The position numbers and the translations under genes are program-made. Of a DNA stretch of 64,000 nucleotides, positions 58,959-64,000 are shown one piece after another. The notes below the pieces were generated by a model. It was not told where the DNA came from and did not search any database. It was given only the letters and a program-made list of their open reading frames with translations. The stretch's first letter is position 1, and each line of letters begins with the position of its first letter. This DNA is from Candidatus Babeliales bacterium (GTDB taxonomy: Bacteria; Babelota; Babeliae; Babelales; JANWKD01): the NCBI GenBank assembly GCA_963722255.1, contig CAVRJO010000001.1:512001-576000 (forward strand), given 5' to 3'.

Positions 58959-59318
58959 TGAATGGCTTTTATTTGCCGAAAATGATTTAAAGGTCGCTAA
59001 ATATTACTCAATGCTCATGAAGTTATTTTGGGCCCCATTTATTATCATGCTCAGCAATGCGCTGAAAAATCATTAAAGGCCTATTTAATTTTTCAAAACA
59101 ACGGACTAAAAAGAACTCATGATCTTGTTGCTCTTGTCAATGTATGTTCCGAATTTGACAAACAATTTGACATACTGCTTAATGACGCTGCTGATTTAAA
59201 TCCTTATTCCATAGCCGGTCGTTATCCTGATGATTTCTTTACTCCGGACGCCACAACAGTAAAAATCTGCATAGATAAAGCAGAGAAGATTTTAGATTTT
59301 GTAAAAATTAAAATTTAA
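58945..59318 (+). pseudogene. HEPN-domain protein, frameshifted near codon 19
   Basis: MQKHDEWLLFAENDLKVAK is in one frame. (I)LLNAHEVILGPIYYHAQQCAEKSLKA..THDL..RYP is in another. One extra A at 58999-59001 would join them. Confidence 0.8.
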
Positions 59319-59438
59319 TACTGATTTAGATTTCTTCAAAATCGTTCTTTGTATATTAGCTGCTAAACTCTTGATTTAAAAATTGATTGTGTGCAATTTT
59401 GACCATATCAATAGTTTTTATAACCAAGAAAGACACCG

Positions 59439-59870
59439 ATGAAAAATCTAACAAATTTTTTTAAAAAAAGCGCCGTTGCTATCGGCATTTCAATCGTATT
59501 CCCTTTACTTATTAGTGCAGCATTTGATCTACTATGTCCAAGACCTCAGTATCCTGACTTTGCATCGGTAAAAGAGGAAGAACGACCACAAGTAAGAAAT
59601 AAATGGAACAACGAGTATCAAACCTATCTTTTTTACTATTTGTGCGTTGCAGCAGTTGCCGGATGCTTGGCTATAGTAGCAGGTTCGCTTATAAAAATTG
59701 ATTTTTTAGCAAGCGGATTTATTGTTGGAGGAGTTCTTTCTCTCCTTTCTGGCTTTCTTTTTTATTGGCACTATCTGCAGCGATTTTTTCAATTGGGAGC
59801 ATTAGTTATTGCACTGCTCTTGCTTATTATATGCGGATATTTTTTTATTGAACGGCAAAAAACTTTTTAG
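59439..59870 (+). CDS. Four-TM membrane protein
   Basis: Four hydrophobic helices with a PRPQYP loop. Confidence 0.7.
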   Translation: MKNLTNFFKKSAVAIGISIVFPLLISAAFDLLCPRPQYPDFASVKEEERPQVRNKWNNEYQTYLFYYLCVAAVAGCLAIVAGSLIKIDFLASGFIVGGVLSLLSGFLFYWHYLQRFFQLGALVIALLLLIICGYFFIERQKTF

Positions 59871-59871
59871 T

Positions 59872-60434
59872 TTAGGTATTTTTATGTCAAAATTTTTTTT
59901 ATTAAAGGTATATTGTGTGTCCAATATACCTTAACTACAAAGGAATTATATTTTAACAGTATTTTACCTGTCTAAAATACTGTAGACAAAAGGACACAAA
60001 CGGTTCCGTTTGATCCCTCTCCCGCTCCAATATGGCCCACTTCAACATTAATGCTTACAGCATTAAGTTTTCGGGACCACGTGTAGCTACCGGAAAGATT
60101 TTATACATTTACGATTGTCATCCAGAGACCTTCACCTAAGTGGAGGTCGTGCGTGTCCGCCAAAGCTTGCCAAGCCGGAAGGCCTGGATAAGCGTCGGCT
60201 GGGGGATCCAGTAATAAAAATGAAAAGTCCTTTGAGCGCAACCGTTGAAGGATTTACAGCACGTAAGTGCGCGTGTCCGTCGAAGCCCTGGCGAAGTCGG
60301 AAGAATCCGCCTTTTGCGCGACAGAGATTCCTAAGATACTTCTTAGGTGCCCTTTTGGTTTTAGGTATTTTTGACATAAAAATACCTAATTTAAAAAAAT
60401 GTATTAAAGGCATTGGGCTTACAATACCTTTATA
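59872..60434. repeat. Cluster of palindromic/REP-like elements
   Basis: 21-bp perfect IR 59872-59892/60369-60389. Hairpins at 59905-59932, 59957-59984, 60127-60148, 60405-60432. Two GCGTGTCCG..AAG..CGGAAG units at 60151 and 60271. Confidence 0.85.
60013..60098 (-). ncRNA. Candidate rod-shaped structured RNA of unknown class
   Basis: GC-richer island whose ends pair, with a terminal TTAATGC/GCATTAA stem. Pairing improves with G-U on the minus strand. Confidence 0.3.
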
Positions 60435-60560
60435 AATAAAATATCTTTGTCTAAATATTTTGAATGCCCAAAATATTGTATTAAAAATATCTTGACAAAC
60501 AAGCAAGCATTGTTTACATCTAGACTCGTCATAAAATCAACACCCATAGCAGGAGCAACA

Positions 60561-61622
60561 ATGTTTATTCTTATACTTTTCATTTCATGTTTTAATCTTC
60601 AGGCATTGCATACTTATGATACAACCATTGCACCCCGAAAAACTATAACCGCATTAGAAGTTGCTGCAAATAATCAAGGCCAACTAGTGTACGAAAATAA
60701 TTTGCCTATCCCCAATCCAAAATTTGTTCTTGAGCTTGCAAATGCACGCGTTTATGAAGATGGCCACATTATTACATACGATAATTTTCTTTTAGAAGAT
60801 ACCGTCATTAAGTATCCGGAAAAACCACTATCAGAGTATCATATGCTCCACCGCAATGAACTTCCCAAAGCACACCATTTTAAAGGTAAATTAGCTATCA
60901 TCGCCTCTCCAGGTAGCCAATGCTATTATCATTGGATGTTTCAGATTTTACCCCGCTTAAAAATTCTTAAAGACCTACATATCGAGTATGATGCATTGTA
61001 TATTGAGCCTCTCAGCCATCCATTTCAGCTTGAAACTCTTGCAAAAATTGGAATTGATAACAAAAAAATAGTTTTTGCAAAACCAAATTCACAAATCATT
61101 GCTGATGTTTTACTTGTTCCTTCAATTGCTATTAAAGAACCTTCTTTTGCTTTTCCACAGTGGGTTATTGATTTCTTACGATCAGAATTTCTTGATGCAA
61201 CAAATCTCGAAAAATACAAAAACTCTAAAAAAATTTATATTTCTCGTAGCAAAGCTGCATCACGAAGAATTGTTAATGAAGGTGAAGTTATAAAATTCTT
61301 AGAATCACAAGAATTTACTACTGTACATCTTGAAGACTATTCTTTACTCGAACAAGCAGCCATTATTGCATCAGCCAATACTATTATAAGTCCGCATGGT
61401 TCCGGCCTTTCAAATCTTGTTTTTGCAGATAAAGGAGCACAGGTTATTGAAATTTTTAATCAAGAAGGTTTTAATAAACTATTTTATAATTTATCTCAAT
61501 CGGCTGAACTGCAACATCATGCATTAATTTGTACAGATGAAGAACTTACTTGGGAACAACAACAAAATGAAGATATAGTTGTAGATATACCCAGATTAAA
61601 ATCTTTAATTAATTCAATTTAA
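60561..61622 (+). CDS. Glycosyltransferase family 61 (DUF563) protein with signal peptide
   Basis: AGGAG RBS. YYHWM..LPRL, IYISRS..RRIVNE, SPHGSGLSNLVF, VIEIF. Confidence 0.88.
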   Translation: MFILILFISCFNLQALHTYDTTIAPRKTITALEVAANNQGQLVYENNLPIPNPKFVLELANARVYEDGHIITYDNFLLEDTVIKYPEKPLSEYHMLHRNELPKAHHFKGKLAIIASPGSQCYYHWMFQILPRLKILKDLHIEYDALYIEPLSHPFQLETLAKIGIDNKKIVFAKPNSQIIADVLLVPSIAIKEPSFAFPQWVIDFLRSEFLDATNLEKYKNSKKIYISRSKAASRRIVNEGEVIKFLESQEFTTVHLEDYSLLEQAAIIASANTIISPHGSGLSNLVFADKGAQVIEIFNQEGFNKLFYNLSQSAELQHHALICTDEELTWEQQQNEDIVVDIPRLKSLINSI

Positions 61623-61675
61623 TAGAACTACATAAGAACAAAAAACCCGATTCATCCTCAAAAAGATTGCGTAAT

Positions 61676-62131
61676 CTACTTTTTTTCTTCGAGTATAAAT
61701 TGAGATACATTAGGTGCGATGCCTGGTTTTATGCTTATAGTATAATCCTTTTCTTTTTCTTTGGTGGGATTAATTATTATAGGTTCGCTAAAAGCAATAT
61801 ATGGCTGGTTTTGCTTAAAAATTCCTATTGCTGTGAATGAATTATCTTCATCATTACCATAATTGCCTATTTCAAAAAATTTTGTCGTTGAACTATTTGA
61901 ATTTGATTTTGGCTCAATGAGAAGTCCAACACTATTAGCTCCCGAAATAGCTTTAAAAAATGGTGATGGCGAATCATAACCAGCAAAACTTGCTCTTACC
62001 ATTATCGGATACTCCGTTGTGTTATAAATTTTATGTTTTTTAAACCATGCCGGCAGAGTATATGTGGTAGTTGCTGGTAAAATATCAACCATTGAGATCA
62101 AAATAAGTATAAATAATAGTATTTTTTTCAT
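61676..62131 (-). CDS. Exported hypothetical protein
   Basis: GAGAGG RBS, MKKILLFILIL leader. Confidence 0.65.
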   Translation of the reverse strand: MKKILLFILILISMVDILPATTTYTLPAWFKKHKIYNTTEYPIMVRASFAGYDSPSPFFKAISGANSVGLLIEPKSNSNSSTTKFFEIGNYGNDEDNSFTAIGIFKQNQPYIAFSEPIIINPTKEKEKDYTISIKPGIAPNVSQFILEEKK

Positions 62132-62267
62132 TAACCTCTCCTTGAAAGAACAAAATTATATTATATATATATAATTGTAATAAATTTATAATAAAGATAT
62201 CAATAGTTTTCATTCAGCTCTATGAATCAAACAAAAAATATTGCCAAAGAAAAAATCTATCGAACTT

Positions 62268-63467
62268 TTACGCTATTACTGAAGAAAGATTAAATAATGG
62301 AACATACACCGCAAAGACAAGTGCAGTAATTAAGAGCCCTAAAATAATCATAAGCAGTGGTTGAACCAACGTTGCCATAGTGGTTAAAAACTTATCAATG
62401 CGCTCTTTATAAACCATTGCAATCTGACCAAAAATAAAAGGTAAGCAACTCGATTCTTGGCCTACTGAAAGCAATGCTTGAACATGTTCTGAAAATAATC
62501 GTGGATCTTGCATCGCAGCTTTACTTAATGAATGTCCTTCTTGCACTGCATCTAGCATCCAACCAATCTGTCCTTGTATGATTCTATTTCCAATTGATTG
62601 ATGAGCAATTGAAAGCGCTGTCATTGTATGCACTCCAGTTTTTGTTAAAATTGCCAATGACTGAAAAAAATAGACAAAGGTTGTATCATAGAGCAATTGC
62701 CCAAGAAATGGAGTATGCACAAGGCAATAGTGCAAAAACCTTTTTACATGAGAAAATGTAAAAAGATACCAGGCGCTTATCATCAAACCGCTACTTGCTA
62801 CCACAAAAAACAACATACTTTTCCAATTACGAACAAAATCACTCACCATAAGAAGAATGTGCGTTGTTGTTGAAAGATTTTGACCAGAAGATACTATCAT
62901 CGAGCCTAGTGTTGGAACTATTACAATAAAAATAACAGACGCAATTGCTATAAAAAAAAGAAATGTAATACAGGGCATCAAAAGCACCGCTTTAACCTTC
63001 TTTTTAAATTGAAAAACCATTTCTTGATGCATACATAAATGCTCGAGCGCTTCAACAAGCTTGCCCGATTCTTCTCCAGTTTCTATCATTTGAACCGTAA
63101 GAGAATCAAACACGGTAGGATAATTCTTTAATGCCATACTTAACCTTGTACCATGCTGAACATCAAGCAAAATATCGTTAATGATTTCTTTAAAAAACTT
63201 CTTCTTTGTATAATGCATAACTAATAACAATGCTTGATCTAGAAAAATTCCTGAACTTAAAAGTAAAGCAATCTGTTTAAAAAAATCGATTTTTTCATGC
63301 AAAGGCAATGTATGAATAATTGGCAAAGGTTTTTTATTGCTACTTGATAGCAGCGCTATATCTTGCTGAAAAAGTTTTAATGCAAGCTCTTGTGTAGAAC
63401 GAACAGCCATAACGCCTGTTCGCTGCGTACCTGAAAGATCTATACCTTTCCACTTTATATAAGCCAT
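62268..63467 (-). CDS. pilC: Type II secretion F / type IV pilus PilC-family protein
   Basis: FFKQIALLLSSGI, GEESGKL, GQESS, QPLLMIILG..YVPLF. Confidence 0.9.
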   Translation of the reverse strand: MAYIKWKGIDLSGTQRTGVMAVRSTQELALKLFQQDIALLSSSNKKPLPIIHTLPLHEKIDFFKQIALLLSSGIFLDQALLLVMHYTKKKFFKEIINDILLDVQHGTRLSMALKNYPTVFDSLTVQMIETGEESGKLVEALEHLCMHQEMVFQFKKKVKAVLLMPCITFLFFIAIASVIFIVIVPTLGSMIVSSGQNLSTTTHILLMVSDFVRNWKSMLFFVVASSGLMISAWYLFTFSHVKRFLHYCLVHTPFLGQLLYDTTFVYFFQSLAILTKTGVHTMTALSIAHQSIGNRIIQGQIGWMLDAVQEGHSLSKAAMQDPRLFSEHVQALLSVGQESSCLPFIFGQIAMVYKERIDKFLTTMATLVQPLLMIILGLLITALVFAVYVPLFNLSSVIA

Positions 63468-63481
63468 TTTTTCCGCCTTTT

Positions 63482-63781
63482 TTAATTAAAAAGCTTTTCC
63501 TGCTTATCAAGGGGCGCTACCTGCAATAGTTTCATAAGCTGTTCAAACGTATCCAGCCCTTCAATCTTAATCTTCTTCTTTCTTGAGATGTCACCAGATA
63601 AAAGCATAATCGAAGCTTGAGGAATTTTTAAAGACTTTGAAAGCATACCTATAAGCTCTTTATTAGCTAATCCCCGTTCTGGTTGACTTTTTAGATAACA
63701 TTTAAGTTCACCTGATTTATCAAGAATGCATTCCTGTCTTCCTGATGAAGGAACAACTTTTACCATAAAAATTAATGCCAT
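63482..63781 (-). CDS. DUF167/YggU-family protein
   Basis: VKVVPSSGR, PERGLANKEL, SGDISRKK. Confidence 0.85.
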   Translation of the reverse strand: MALIFMVKVVPSSGRQECILDKSGELKCYLKSQPERGLANKELIGMLSKSLKIPQASIMLLSGDISRKKKIKIEGLDTFEQLMKLLQVAPLDKQEKLFN

Positions 63782-63908
63782 AGCTCTTCAAAATTTAAAA
63801 AAGTTTGTAATTACTCTAAATCGCTCTCATCATTGTATAGTGAAAAGCATATTAGTGCTTGCATAAATTAGTAAATATTTTATTCTAGATATGTGTTTCT
63901 TGCGTTAA

Positions 63909-63999
63909 GGAGAGATGGCTGAGCGGCTTAAAGCACTTGCCTGCTAAGCAAGAGTTCCAGAAATGGGGCACGAGGGTTCGAATCCCTCTCTCTCCACCA
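63909..63999 (+). tRNA. tRNA-Ser(GCT)
   Basis: GGAGAGA/TCTCTCC acceptor, CTTGC-CTGCTAA-GCAAG anticodon arm, long variable arm, GTTCGAA, CCA. Confidence 0.96.
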
Positions 64000-64000
64000 G

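Noticed and set aside
60220..60232. GAAAAGTCC resembling RNase P RNA GAGGAAAGTCC
   Set aside because: The partner 3' motif is absent, and the segment overlaps the repeat tail shared with 58427-58444.
60151..60303. Possible CRISPR repeats
   Set aside because: Only two degenerate units, spacing too long, no cas genes in the window.
60115..60506. ORFs 60115-60435 (+) and 60132-60506 (-)
   Set aside because: They overlie GC-rich palindromic repeats, have no recognisable motifs and atypical composition.
1197..61293. Numerous short (about 60-135 aa) antisense or alternate-frame ORFs inside long genes (e.g. 11469-11849, 15979-16383, 36550-36906)
   Set aside because: Shadow ORFs overlapping well-supported genes, with no motifs.
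58217..63908. tRNA-anchored integrative island between the two tRNAs
   Set aside because: No integrase or duplicated tRNA 3' end. Both tRNAs point outward and the interval includes core-like pilC and DUF167 genes.

Overview
AT-rich bacterial chromosome segment. Gene content (many short signal-peptide proteins with eukaryote-like domains, H+/Na+-PPase, Chlamydia-like RNR, type IV pilus/T2SS parts, no biosynthetic operons) suggests an intracellular parasite of protists, probably Dependentiae/Babeliae (TM6). That assignment is an inference. Housekeeping genes (polA, priA, hppA, nrdAB, ppa, gpmI, truA, typA, rpsF/rpsR, rnhB, ftsY, amino-acid ABC transporter, mutL, prmC, pilC-like, tRNA-Leu(CAA), tRNA-Ser(GCT)) alternate with about 30 predicted exported proteins. 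The most striking pattern is that about 17 mostly unrelated exported proteins have Met immediately after the predicted signal-peptidase site, mostly Met-Glu/Gln/Asn. Their cargo domains look host-directed (RING-H2, double F-box+ankyrin, BC-box+ankyrin, WD40, HPD-less J-like, tail anchors), which suggests an undescribed effector-sorting signal. Mobile DNA includes an intact IS5-family element with a -1 frameshift inserted into a dispersed palindrome, a 238-bp MITE with a 9-bp target duplication, nested REP-like palindromes with a candidate structured RNA, and an MNT-HEPN toxin-antitoxin pair with a frameshifted HEPN gene. No CRISPR array or rRNA was seen. All domain calls are by-eye motif recognition; no database searches were run.
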